Below, piece after piece: positions 55,551 to 64,000 of a stretch of DNA of 64,000 nt. Origin of the DNA: an uncultured Chromatiaceae bacterium (lineage in GTDB: Bacteria; Pseudomonadota; Gammaproteobacteria; Steroidobacterales; GCA-2729495); contig CAYJPG010000003.1 in assembly GCA_964371995.1 (NCBI GenBank), positions 1,718-65,717 of the forward strand. The letters are read 5' to 3'. Below the pieces are notes generated by a model. That model saw only the letters and a list, made by a program, of their open reading frames with translations. It was not told the origin of the DNA and ran no database searches. How positions within the stretch are numbered: position 1 is the first letter of the stretch; each line of letters begins with the position of its first letter. The position numbers were made by a program, and so were the translations under genes.

Positions 55551-55636
55551 AAGCCGGGTAGTTCAGCCTACAGGCCCTGTATAAACAAGCACTTGAATGT
55601 CCAATATGGATTCAGGTTCAACGTCGAGTAAGGCTG

Positions 55637-56293
55637 ATGTCTGTGCCGGATTTGCCGCAAACGGAAAGCAGCGGGCCGACGACCGGCACACTGTTCGTGC
55701 TCTCTGCGCCCTCCGGCGCCGGAAAGACCACGCTGGTCAAGGCCCTGATGGCGCGCGATCCGGATCTCTGCTTCTCCGTCTCTTTCACCACGCGCAAACC
55801 ACGGCCAGGTGAAGTACCGGAACGCGATTATTTCTTCGTGGATGAGGCCCGCTTTGGGGCGATGGTCGCAGCCGGTGAGTTTCTGGAACATGCCCGCGTA
55901 TTCGGCAACCTCTATGGCACCAGCCGCACGCAGGTCAATGCCATACTCGCCAAAGGGCGGAACGTGCTGCTTGAGATTGACTGGCAGGGCGCGCGACAGA
56001 TCCGGAAGAATGCGCCGCACTGCTGTTCGATCTTCATCATGCCGCCCAGCGCAACTGAACTCGAACGCCGCTTGCGCAGCCGGGCGACAGATTCTGAAGA
56101 CGTGATCCGGCAGCGCCTCAGCCAGGCCTTCGACGATATGGCGCACTGGCACGAGTTTGACTACGTGGTGATCAACAGCGACCAGCGACGGGCCTGCGAT
56201 GACCTTGGCGCCATTATTCAGGGCCGCGGACAACACCTGTCAGCTGCTTCGGCTGAGCGCGCCGAGGCGGTCAAGGCAATCATTGCAGGCTGA
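55637..56293 (+). CDS. gmk: guanylate kinase
   Basis: LFVLSAPSGAGKTTLVKAL...SVSFTTRKPRPGE..G.DYFFV...EIDWQGA. Confidence 0.95.
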   Translation: MSVPDLPQTESSGPTTGTLFVLSAPSGAGKTTLVKALMARDPDLCFSVSFTTRKPRPGEVPERDYFFVDEARFGAMVAAGEFLEHARVFGNLYGTSRTQVNAILAKGRNVLLEIDWQGARQIRKNAPHCCSIFIMPPSATELERRLRSRATDSEDVIRQRLSQAFDDMAHWHEFDYVVINSDQRRACDDLGAIIQGRGQHLSAASAERAEAVKAIIAG

Positions 56294-56403
56294 GCAACCC
56301 CGGCGACGCACTTAGACCAAGTTGGCATAAGTGATTGCAGCGCAGCTGGCACGGCGGCTAGAGTCCCGCTCCCGCTACCCGCATCGCAAACCAGGAATAC
56401 GCA

Positions 56404-56703
56404 ATGGCCCGGATTACCGTCGAAGACAGTCTGCAGAACGTATCCAATCTGTTTGAGCTGGTGCTGGTGGCCGCCAAGCGCGCCCGCCGCATTGCGAACG
56501 GTGCCGAGCCGCTGGTCGAGCGAGAGAACGACAAGCCCACGGTCATCGCCCTGCGCGAAATCGCTGAAGGCCTCATAACCCGGGATCTGCTCGCCGAAGC
56601 AGACCAGACACCGGAAGACCGTATGGCCATCGAGCAGGCCGAGATGGCACTGGCCGAAGTTCCGCTGCGGCTGGACCAGCTGGATGATGATATGCCGGAC
56701 TGA
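56404..56703 (+). CDS. rpoZ: DNA-directed RNA polymerase subunit omega
   Basis: [30 protein letters not shown]. Confidence 0.95.
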   Translation: MARITVEDSLQNVSNLFELVLVAAKRARRIANGAEPLVERENDKPTVIALREIAEGLITRDLLAEADQTPEDRMAIEQAEMALAEVPLRLDQLDDDMPD

Positions 56704-56771
56704 TACGGCGATTTTCAGGAATTGCCGTTGAGGCCACGCCGGCCGGCAGGGAGGGCGCTAGAATCCCTGCT

Positions 56772-58946
56772 ATGGACTACGCCGCCACCATTCTCAATCA
56801 CCTGCCGCTGACGCGTCGCACCAGCGGGCTGGCCGGGCTGCTGGCCAAGACGTCCTACCTGACACGCCAGCAGCTCAAGCTGATTACCGAAGCACACGCC
56901 TTCAGCGCCAGCCGCCATGAAGGACAGAAGCGACAGTCCGGCGATGCCTACATCACGCATCCGCTCGCTGTGGCCGGCATCCTTGCCGACCTCCATCTGG
57001 ACTACCCGAGCATCGCTGCCGCACTTCTGCACGATGTCATCGAAGACACGCCGACAGCCAAGGATGAAATCGCCCAGAAGTTCGGCGCCGAGATCGCCTC
57101 GCTGGTCGATGGCGTCAGCAAACTCGAGAAGCTGAACTTCAACAGCCGCAGCGAAATGCAGGTCGAGAGCTTCCGCAAGATGATGCTCGCGATGGTGCAG
57201 GACATCCGGGTGATCCTGCTCAAGCTCGCCGACCGCCTGCATAACATGCAGACCCTGGACTCGGTGCCGCCGGAGAAGCAGAGCCGTATCGCCCGCGAAA
57301 CCCTGGAAATCTACGCGCCGATCGCCAACCGCCTCGGCATGAACTCGCTCAAGACGGAGCTGGAGGATCTCGGCTTCCGGCATGCGCACCCGTTCCGGTA
57401 TCGCGTACTCGACAAGGCAGTACGCCGGGCCGAGGGCAACCAGCGCCAGTTCGTCAAGAATATTTCCGAGAAACTCAATCGGGCGCTGCGCGAGGCGGGT
57501 CTGAGCGCGACCGTGACCGGGCGCAAAAAACATCTCTACAGCATCTACCGGAAGATGGAGACCAAGAAGCGTTCGATGGCCGACATCGCGGATGTCTTCG
57601 GCTTTCGCGTCATCGTCGATTCAGTGGACGAGTGCTACCGCGTGCTGGGCGTTGTGCACCAGATCTACAAGCCGATGCCCGGGCGGTTCAAGGATTACAT
57701 CGCGATTCCGCGCATCAACGGTTATCAGTCCCTGCACACCAGCCTGTTCGGCCCTAACGGTACGCCGATCGAGGTACAGATACGTACCGCCGAGATGGGG
57801 CGCGTTGCCGAAACAGGTGTCGCGGCCCACTGGCATTACAAGGAAACCGACCAGGAAGTACCCCCGCCGCAGGCACGTGCCCGCGAGTGGCTGGCCAGCA
57901 TCAGCGAGATGCAGTCTTCGGCCAACTCCGAAGAATTCATGGAACACGTCAAGGTCGACCTGTTCCCTGATGCCGTCTACATCTTCACGCCCAAAGGTGA
58001 AATCATGCGTCTGCCGCGCGGCGCCACCTGCGTGGACTTTGCCTATGCGGTGCACACAGATGTAGGCAACCGGTGTGTCGCCGCCAAGATCGACCGGCGA
58101 CTGGTGCCCTTGCGCACCCAGATCGAAAATGGCCAGACCGTCGAGATCATCACGGCCAAGACGGCCCGCCCGAATCCGAGCTGGGTCAATTTTGTGGTCA
58201 CCGCCAAAGCACGCGCCGCCGTGCGCCAGTACCTGAAGAACCTGCGCCAGAACGAAGCCCAGGATCTGGGCCGCCGGCTGCTCGATCAGGCCATGCGTGA
58301 CGCCGGTACGCCCTTGCGGAAGATCAGCAATGAGCGGATGCAGGCGCTGCTGACCGAACTCAGGCTGAAGAGCGCTGACGAACTGTTCAGGCAGCTCGGG
58401 CTGGGTGAGCGTCTGGCGCCGCTGGTCGCCAAGACCATCCTGCAACCCGCCGCAGTCGCAGGCAGTGCTGCCGGGGCGACGCCTGGGCCGGCTGCAGCTC
58501 CGACACCAATTGCGATTGCCGGCACCGAAGGGCTGGTGGTGTCATATGCGCGCTGCTGTCACCCGATCCCGGGCGACCCGATCATGGGCTATCTGAGCGC
58601 CGGCCGCGGCGTGGTGATACACCGCAATGTCTGCGGCAATCTCAGTGAATACCGCAAGCAGCCGAACAAGTGGATCACGGTAAGCTGGCAGGCCGGCATA
58701 GACCGGGAATTCTCTGCGGAGATACGCATCGATGTGGACAACCGGCCCGGTGTGCTCGCTGAAGTTGCCAGCCGGATCGCGGATGCGGGCTCGAACATTG
58801 AACAGGTTTCGATCGACGAGCGCCACGATGATTCGGCGGCTATGCTGTTTTCGATCCTGGTCCGCGACCGCACGCAGCTGGCCCAGGTCATCCGCAGCAT
58901 ACGGCGCATGAACGTCGTAAAGAAACTGAGTCGCTCCTGTACCTGA
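56772..58946 (+). CDS. spoT: bifunctional (p)ppGpp synthetase/hydrolase
   Basis: HD hydrolase (HEGQKRQSGDAYITHPLAVAGILA...LHDVIEDT), synthetase (RKKHLYSIYRKM...GYQSLHT), and TGS and ACT regions at the C-terminus. Confidence 0.95.
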   Translation: MDYAATILNHLPLTRRTSGLAGLLAKTSYLTRQQLKLITEAHAFSASRHEGQKRQSGDAYITHPLAVAGILADLHLDYPSIAAALLHDVIEDTPTAKDEIAQKFGAEIASLVDGVSKLEKLNFNSRSEMQVESFRKMMLAMVQDIRVILLKLADRLHNMQTLDSVPPEKQSRIARETLEIYAPIANRLGMNSLKTELEDLGFRHAHPFRYRVLDKAVRRAEGNQRQFVKNISEKLNRALREAGLSATVTGRKKHLYSIYRKMETKKRSMADIADVFGFRVIVDSVDECYRVLGVVHQIYKPMPGRFKDYIAIPRINGYQSLHTSLFGPNGTPIEVQIRTAEMGRVAETGVAAHWHYKETDQEVPPPQARAREWLASISEMQSSANSEEFMEHVKVDLFPDAVYIFTPKGEIMRLPRGATCVDFAYAVHTDVGNRCVAAKIDRRLVPLRTQIENGQTVEIITAKTARPNPSWVNFVVTAKARAAVRQYLKNLRQNEAQDLGRRLLDQAMRDAGTPLRKISNERMQALLTELRLKSADELFRQLGLGERLAPLVAKTILQPAAVAGSAAGATPGPAAAPTPIAIAGTEGLVVSYARCCHPIPGDPIMGYLSAGRGVVIHRNVCGNLSEYRKQPNKWITVSWQAGIDREFSAEIRIDVDNRPGVLAEVASRIADAGSNIEQVSIDERHDDSAAMLFSILVRDRTQLAQVIRSIRRMNVVKKLSRSCT

Positions 58947-58971
58947 TCCTGTTCCGGAGTCTTAATCTGTC

Positions 58972-59352
58972 ATGTCCAGACAAGCTATCAACAGCCAGAA
59001 TGCACCTGCTGCGATCGGCACCTATTCGCAGGCGATCCGCGCCGGAGACGTTGTGTATCTCTCAGGTCAGTTACCGCTTGATCCTGCCACCGGGCAGCTC
59101 GTCGAAGGCGATATGCGTGCGCATGTCCGCCAGGTCTTCACCAATCTCGCCGCCGTTGCCGCAGAGGCCTGCACTTCGCTGGACAGCGCCGTAAAGGTCA
59201 CGGTATTCCTGACCGATCTGACGCACTTTGGCATCGTCAATGAAGTGATGGCTGAGTTCTTCACGCAGCCCTATCCCGCCCGTGCGGCCATCGGTGTCGC
59301 CTCCCTGCCGCGCGGCGCTGCTGTCGAGGCGGATGCAATCCTCGTCCCCTGA
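58972..59352 (+). CDS. ridA: RidA/YjgF-family reactive-intermediate deaminase
   Basis: [31 protein letters not shown]...[18 protein letters not shown]. Confidence 0.9.
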   Translation: MSRQAINSQNAPAAIGTYSQAIRAGDVVYLSGQLPLDPATGQLVEGDMRAHVRQVFTNLAAVAAEACTSLDSAVKVTVFLTDLTHFGIVNEVMAEFFTQPYPARAAIGVASLPRGAAVEADAILVP

Positions 59353-61417
59353 ACTCCGCTCGCTGCGCGGGGTCGGGCCGGCCGCAGAAGAACGCCTGCT
59401 CCGGCTGGGCATCAGCCGGCCGCTGGACCTGTTGTTCCTGCTCCCCCAACGCTATGAAGACCGCACGCGACTGACGCCTCTGGGCGCGCTCCAGCCCGGC
59501 CAGCGCGCGGTTGTCGATGGTGTGATCGCCGTAGCCGACGTCGCTTTCAAGGGGCGGCGCAGCCTGCTGGTACGCATCACTGACCGCACCGGCCAGCTGA
59601 CGCTGAGATTTTTTCATTTTTCACGCGCCCAGCAAAACAGTCTGGCCGCCGGCACACGTCTGCTTTGCTTTGGTGAAGTACGGTCCGGCCCACTGGGGCC
59701 GGAAATGGTGCATCCAGAGTACCGGGTACTGCAGCCCGGTCAGTCCGCACCGCTTGAAGACCGTCTGACCCCGGTATATCCCACGGTCGAGGGCCTGGCC
59801 CAGTTCCGGATCCGTGATCTCACTGAACAGGTGCTGAGCCGCTATCTCAATACGCTGCCAGATGCGCTGCCAGTTGCGGAGACCGCAGGCCTGAAGATGC
59901 CTGCACTGCGCGATGCACTGCAATTTGTCCATCGGCCACCCACAGGCGCCGATTTGCAGCTGCTGGGCGACGGTATGCACCCCTGCCAGCGCCGGCTGGC
60001 GCTGGAAGAAATGCTGGCGCATCACCTGAGCCTGCGGCAGATCCGCGAACGCGCGCGCGAAGACAGTAGCATCGCATTGCCAGCGACACTGCCGGCTGCC
60101 GTCAGTCTGCGCGAGCGCTTCACACGCAGCCTCGGTTTCACCCTGACCGGCGGACAGCTGGCGGCACTTGCAGATATCGATACCGATCTCGCCCGGCCCC
60201 ATCCGATGATGCGCCTGGTGCAGGGCGACGTGGGCTGCGGCAAGACGGTAGTCGCGGCAGCGGCGGCGCTCACGGCCATCGCACACGGTCATCAGGTTGC
60301 CATCATGGCGCCGACCGAACTGCTGGCCGAGCAGCACCGCAATACCTTCCGGCGCTGGCTGGAGCCGCTGGGCATCACTGTGGTCTGGCTGTCGGGCAGC
60401 CTGCGCAAACGTGCGCGCGAGCAGGCCTATGCGGCAGCGGCCGATGGCTCGGCACAGCTGATTGTCGGTACGCATGCGCTGTTTCAGTCGAGCCTAAGCT
60501 ATCGCAGCCTGGCGCTGGTGATCGTCGATGAGCAGCACCGCTTCGGCGTCCATCAGCGGCTGCAGCTGATGGACAAGGGCGCCAGCGATGCGGCCCGCCC
60601 ACACCAGCTGGTGATGACCGCAACACCGATTCCGCGCACGCTGGCCATGACCATCTACGCCGACCTCGACACCTCGGTGATCCGCGAACTGCCGCCCGGC
60701 CGGCAACCCGTCACCACCATCGCCCTGCCTGACAAGCGGCGTGCTGAAGTGGTCACTCGCGTACGCGACGCCTGCCGTGGCGGCGCACAGGCCTACTGGG
60801 TCTGTCCGCTGATCGAGGAATCGGAGCATCTCGAATCGCAGGCCGCCGAGCCAACCGCGGCGGCGCTCGCCAAAGCGCTGCCCGAAATCCGCATCGGCCT
60901 GATTCACGGGCGGATGAGCAGCGCGGAGAAGGAGCGGGTGATGAAAGCCTTCGTGGCCGGCGAGCTGCAGCTTCTGGTCGCAACCACCGTCATTGAGGTC
61001 GGTGTGGATGTGCCCGGCGCCAGCCTGATGATCATCGAGAACGCCGAACGCCTCGGTCTGTCACAGCTGCATCAGCTGCGCGGACGGGTTGGACGCGGAC
61101 GCGAGTCCAGTACCTGCGTCCTCCTTTACAGGAGCCCGCTGGCCGAAATGGCACGCGCCCGACTGGAAGTATTGCGCGCCACCAACGACGGCTTCGAAGT
61201 GGCACAGCGCGATCTGGAACTGCGCGGACCCGGGGAGGTGCTTGGCACGCGGCAGACAGGGCTGATGCAATTGCGGGTTGCCGATCTGGTCCGCGACGCA
61301 GACCTCGCACCGGCGGTACAACGGATCGCGCGCGAACTGCTGGCAACAGCAGCGCCGGCCGTGGAAGAACTCAGACATCGCTGGATCGGTGCAGGCGACC
61401 GCTATGGCGCGGTCTGA
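59333..61417 (+). CDS. recG: ATP-dependent DNA helicase RecG
   Basis: Start chosen at ATG 59333 ([20 protein letters not shown]...[13 protein letters not shown]). [25 protein letters not shown]. Confidence 0.9.
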   Translation: MQSSSPELRSLRGVGPAAEERLLRLGISRPLDLLFLLPQRYEDRTRLTPLGALQPGQRAVVDGVIAVADVAFKGRRSLLVRITDRTGQLTLRFFHFSRAQQNSLAAGTRLLCFGEVRSGPLGPEMVHPEYRVLQPGQSAPLEDRLTPVYPTVEGLAQFRIRDLTEQVLSRYLNTLPDALPVAETAGLKMPALRDALQFVHRPPTGADLQLLGDGMHPCQRRLALEEMLAHHLSLRQIRERAREDSSIALPATLPAAVSLRERFTRSLGFTLTGGQLAALADIDTDLARPHPMMRLVQGDVGCGKTVVAAAAALTAIAHGHQVAIMAPTELLAEQHRNTFRRWLEPLGITVVWLSGSLRKRAREQAYAAAADGSAQLIVGTHALFQSSLSYRSLALVIVDEQHRFGVHQRLQLMDKGASDAARPHQLVMTATPIPRTLAMTIYADLDTSVIRELPPGRQPVTTIALPDKRRAEVVTRVRDACRGGAQAYWVCPLIEESEHLESQAAEPTAAALAKALPEIRIGLIHGRMSSAEKERVMKAFVAGELQLLVATTVIEVGVDVPGASLMIIENAERLGLSQLHQLRGRVGRGRESSTCVLLYRSPLAEMARARLEVLRATNDGFEVAQRDLELRGPGEVLGTRQTGLMQLRVADLVRDADLAPAVQRIARELLATAAPAVEELRHRWIGAGDRYGAV

Positions 61418-61469
61418 TTTCCTTGCCGGCAGCGAGCCAGGCTCGGCTAGACTTGGCCCGGGAGTCCAT

Positions 61470-62381
61470 ATGACCTCTGATTCATTGCACGGCATCACCC
61501 GACTGGGCACAGGGCTTATCGACCAGGCCCGGCAATATGCGCGGCTCATGCGCCTCGACCGGCCGATCGGTATCTGGCTTTTGCTTTGGCCGACGCTCTG
61601 GGGCCTCTGGATTGCGGGCAGCGGACGACCGCAGGCACGCGACTTCATCGTCTTCGTGACCGGCGTGATCGTGATGCGTTCAGCCGGCTGCGTGATCAAC
61701 GACTTCGCCGACCGGCGCATAGACGGCGAGGTGCAGCGTACCCGCGACCGGCCGCTGGCCGCCGGCAAGGTCGCGCCCGTCGAGGCACTCGCGCTATTTG
61801 CCGTGCTCGGGCTGATCGCGCTGGCGCTATTGCTGTTGCTCAATCCACTGGCGCGCCTGCTGGCACTCGGGGCTGCCGTGCTGACCGTCATCTATCCCTT
61901 CAGCAAGCGCTGGCTGGCCGCACCGCAATTCGTGCTCGGTGCAGCATTTGGCTGGGGCATCCCGATGGCTTTTGCGGCCGAAACCGAAGCGGTGCCGCGC
62001 CTCGCCTGGCTGCTGTGGCTGAGCGTGGTGGTCTGGGCGGTGATCTACGACACCATGTATGCGATGGCCGACCGGGACGACGATCTGCGTATCGGCGTGA
62101 AGTCCACGGCCATCCTGTTCGGCAGCGCCGATGTGTTCATCATTGGACTCCTGCAGCTGGTGCTGATCACGGGTCTGCTGCTCACCGGGCGTGAGGCCGG
62201 GCTGGGGATCTGGTATCAGGCCGGCGTACTGGCCGGTGCCATCCAGCTCATCACGCAACTCTGGCTGATCCGTGAACGCGATCCCGCTGCGTGCATACGG
62301 GCATTTCGTGCCAACAACATGTTCGGTGCGACCATCTTTGTCGGCATCGTGCTCGACTACACGTTCAGCCTGCCGGCCTGA
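61470..62381 (+). CDS. ubiA: 4-hydroxybenzoate polyprenyltransferase
   Basis: Start chosen at ATG 61470, after GGGAG. RLDRPIGIWLLLWPTLWGLW...NDFADRRIDG...DRDDD. Confidence 0.9.
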   Translation: MTSDSLHGITRLGTGLIDQARQYARLMRLDRPIGIWLLLWPTLWGLWIAGSGRPQARDFIVFVTGVIVMRSAGCVINDFADRRIDGEVQRTRDRPLAAGKVAPVEALALFAVLGLIALALLLLLNPLARLLALGAAVLTVIYPFSKRWLAAPQFVLGAAFGWGIPMAFAAETEAVPRLAWLLWLSVVVWAVIYDTMYAMADRDDDLRIGVKSTAILFGSADVFIIGLLQLVLITGLLLTGREAGLGIWYQAGVLAGAIQLITQLWLIRERDPAACIRAFRANNMFGATIFVGIVLDYTFSLPA

Positions 62382-62395
62382 GTCGGCGCTCGCCG

Positions 62396-63049
62396 TCAGC
62401 GGCCGGGGTCGAGAGCATGGGCGACAGTCCAGAGCGTCAGGCTCGCGGCACCGGCCCGACGCAGCGCGCCGGCCACAGCCTCGGCAGTTGCACCGGTAGT
62501 CAGTACATCGTCGATCACCAGAATATGGAGGCCCGGCGGCAGCGGGCGAGCGGCGAAGGCAGCGTGCAGATTCGTACGACGTGCGGCGGCGCTGAGCGTC
62601 GATTGCGCCGGCGTGGCGCGTACCCGCTGGCAGACACCGGGGGCCAGGCGCCAGTCCAGCTGCCGGCACAGGCCGCGGGCGATTTCTTCAGCCTGGTTGA
62701 AGCCGCGCTCCGCCTGGCGACGCCAGTGCAGCGGTACGGGCATAACCAGATCCGGAGGCCGGAGCGTTGCCGGCAAACGTATAGCCAGCAGCTCACCCAG
62801 GGCCCGCGCCGCCGCCAGCTGCTTGCCGAACTTGGCCTCGGCGATCAGGCGGTCAACCGGGTACTCGTAGGCGAGTGCCGACCACGCCTGATCGAATCCC
62901 CGCAGGGCAGGCACAAGATATGGCGGCAACCAGGGCAGATCGGCGAGACATCCGGCACACAGCGGCCGGCGTGCGATCGACTGCCCGCACAGGGCACAGT
63001 GCGGGGGCAGGAACACGTCCAGAATCTCGTCAACCTTGACCCAGCCCAT
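62396..63049 (-). CDS. comF: ComF-family (phosphoribosyltransferase-like) protein
   Basis: N-terminal Cys4 (CALCG...CAGC) and PRTase motif ILVIDDVLTTGAT. Start set at ATG 63049, because the longer ORF start (63160) would overlap the divergent bioB start. Confidence 0.75.
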   Translation of the reverse strand: MGWVKVDEILDVFLPPHCALCGQSIARRPLCAGCLADLPWLPPYLVPALRGFDQAWSALAYEYPVDRLIAEAKFGKQLAAARALGELLAIRLPATLRPPDLVMPVPLHWRRQAERGFNQAEEIARGLCRQLDWRLAPGVCQRVRATPAQSTLSAAARRTNLHAAFAARPLPPGLHILVIDDVLTTGATAEAVAGALRRAGAASLTLWTVAHALDPGR

Positions 63050-63147
63050 AAGTTGACAGACCCCGCAATCTGTCCAGATACTGCCGCCCTGATTAACACG
63101 CCATGCAGCCGGTCGGCTGCAGGCATTACCGGGATCTTCGACTGGAA

Positions 63148-64000
63148 ATGAGCGATTCATCGCCGACGACTGTCCGTAACGACTGGAGCATCGCCGAAGT
63201 CGCCGAACTGTTTCAGCTGCCCTTTCATGAGCTGCTGTTTCGCGCGCATTCGGTCCATCGGCAGCACTTCGATCCGGCCGAGGTCCAGGTCAGCACACTA
63301 ATGAGTATCAAGACCGGCGGCTGCCCCGAAGACTGCGGCTATTGCTCGCAGAGCGTGCATCACAGTACCGGCCTCGCCGCCTCGGCGCTCGCACCAGTTG
63401 AGGAGGTAATCCGCACCGCGCGTGCAGCACGCGACCGGGGTGCTACCCGCTTTTGCATGGGCGCTGCCTACCGCAACCCCAAACCCAGCCAGATCGGGAA
63501 GATCGCGGAAATGATCCGCGGCGTACACGAGCTCGGCATGGAAACCTGCGCGACGCTCGGCATGCTGAGCGCAGATCAGGCCGAAACCCTGCGCGATGCC
63601 GGACTCGACTATTACAACCATAATCTGGATACCTCCGCGGCTTATTACCCGCAGATCACTTCGACGCGCAGCTACGCGGACCGGCTCGATACGCTAAAGA
63701 CCGTGCGCGATGCCGGCATGAAGGTTTGCTGTGGCGGCATCATCGGCCTTGGCGAAGGCGAGCAGGACCGGGTCGAGCTCCTGCATACGCTGGCCACACT
63801 CGCGCAACATCCCGACAGCGTGCCCATCAATCAGCTCGTACAGGTCGAGGGCACTCCGCTCGCGACAGCGTTGCAGGCATCCAGCCAGAGCGTCGACCCG
63901 CTGGCCTTCGTCCGGGTCATCGCGGTGGCACGGATCCTGATGCCGGCCTCACGCGTCCGGCTCTCGGCCGGCCGCACGGAAATGTCCGACGAATTGCAGG
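63148..64000 (+). CDS. bioB: biotin synthase (3' end outside the window)
   Basis: Translated by hand from ATG 63148: [34 protein letters not shown]...[16 protein letters not shown] (radical-SAM CxxxCxxC)...YYNHNLDTS...[10 protein letters not shown]. The frame is open to the window end. Confidence 0.9.
   Translation, partial: MSDSSPTTVRNDWSIAEVAELFQLPFHELLFRAHSVHRQHFDPAEVQVSTLMSIKTGGCPEDCGYCSQSVHHSTGLAASALAPVEEVIRTARAARDRGATRFCMGAAYRNPKPSQIGKIAEMIRGVHELGMETCATLGMLSADQAETLRDAGLDYYNHNLDTSAAYYPQITSTRSYADRLDTLKTVRDAGMKVCCGGIIGLGEGEQDRVELLHTLATLAQHPDSVPINQLVQVEGTPLATALQASSQSVDPLAFVRVIAVARILMPASRVRLSAGRTEMSDELQ

Larger units (their letters stand above)
39750..55560. mobile_element. integrase-bearing genomic island (about 15.8 kb) inserted between yicC and gmk; boundaries approximate
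   Basis: A P4-type integrase sits at the left edge, followed by AlpA-like and phage-like small genes and a defence operon as cargo. yicC and gmk are normally adjacent in Pseudomonas-type gene order. GTAC-centred 8-mers occur at both ends, including a 10-bp inverted repeat (39835-39844 / 55531-55540). Confidence 0.7.

Noticed and set aside
63050-63160. The longer comF ORF starting at ATG 63160.
   Set aside because: It would overlap the divergent bioB start (63148) head-to-head by 13 nt and adds 37 residues with no ComF similarity. The internal ATG at 63049 precedes the conserved CALCG zinc motif at the usual distance.
1-64000. CRISPR arrays, rRNA genes, IS elements with terminal inverted repeats and transposases, retron-like ncRNA/RT, and prophage structural genes.
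   Set aside because: I found no regularly spaced direct repeats, and no transposase, reverse transcriptase, capsid or tail motifs in any frame of the ORF track. The only recombinase is the island integrase.

Overview
A 64-kb, high-GC (by eye about two-thirds G+C) chromosomal segment with gammaproteobacterial gene order. Most of it is housekeeping: an attEFGH-like ABC transporter, rmuC, the minus-strand run pilMNOPQ-aroK-aroB-dgt, mrcA, gltA, rpmE, rdgB-rph, yicC, then gmk-rpoZ-spoT-ridA-recG-ubiA, comF and bioB. Two accessory regions stand out.

(1) 10.7-17.2 kb holds a 2044-aa fused TcB/TcC-like Rhs (YD-repeat) toxin. It has an unrecognised glycine-zipper C-terminal domain and is followed by a small lipoprotein gene that is a candidate immunity gene. 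No TcA, T6SS or two-partner secretion genes are in the window.

(2) About 39.75-55.56 kb is a roughly 15.8-kb integrase-bearing island inserted exactly between yicC and gmk, with no tRNA at either junction. Its cargo is an eight-gene, translationally coupled operon (43.18-54.87 kb). In order it encodes a small HTH protein, a DUF499-type P-loop ATPase, a miniature PglZ-like phosphatase, two embedded lower-GC ORFs, a DUF1156-type Zn-ribbon DNA methyltransferase, a 165-aa orphan ORF and an SNF2 helicase. This mixes the predicted Hma trio with a BREX-type PglZ in a layout that matches neither definition as I recall them. It is my top candidate for an undescribed defence system.

No rRNA, tRNA or CRISPR array was found. 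All family assignments rest on motifs read from the supplied translations, because no database search was possible.
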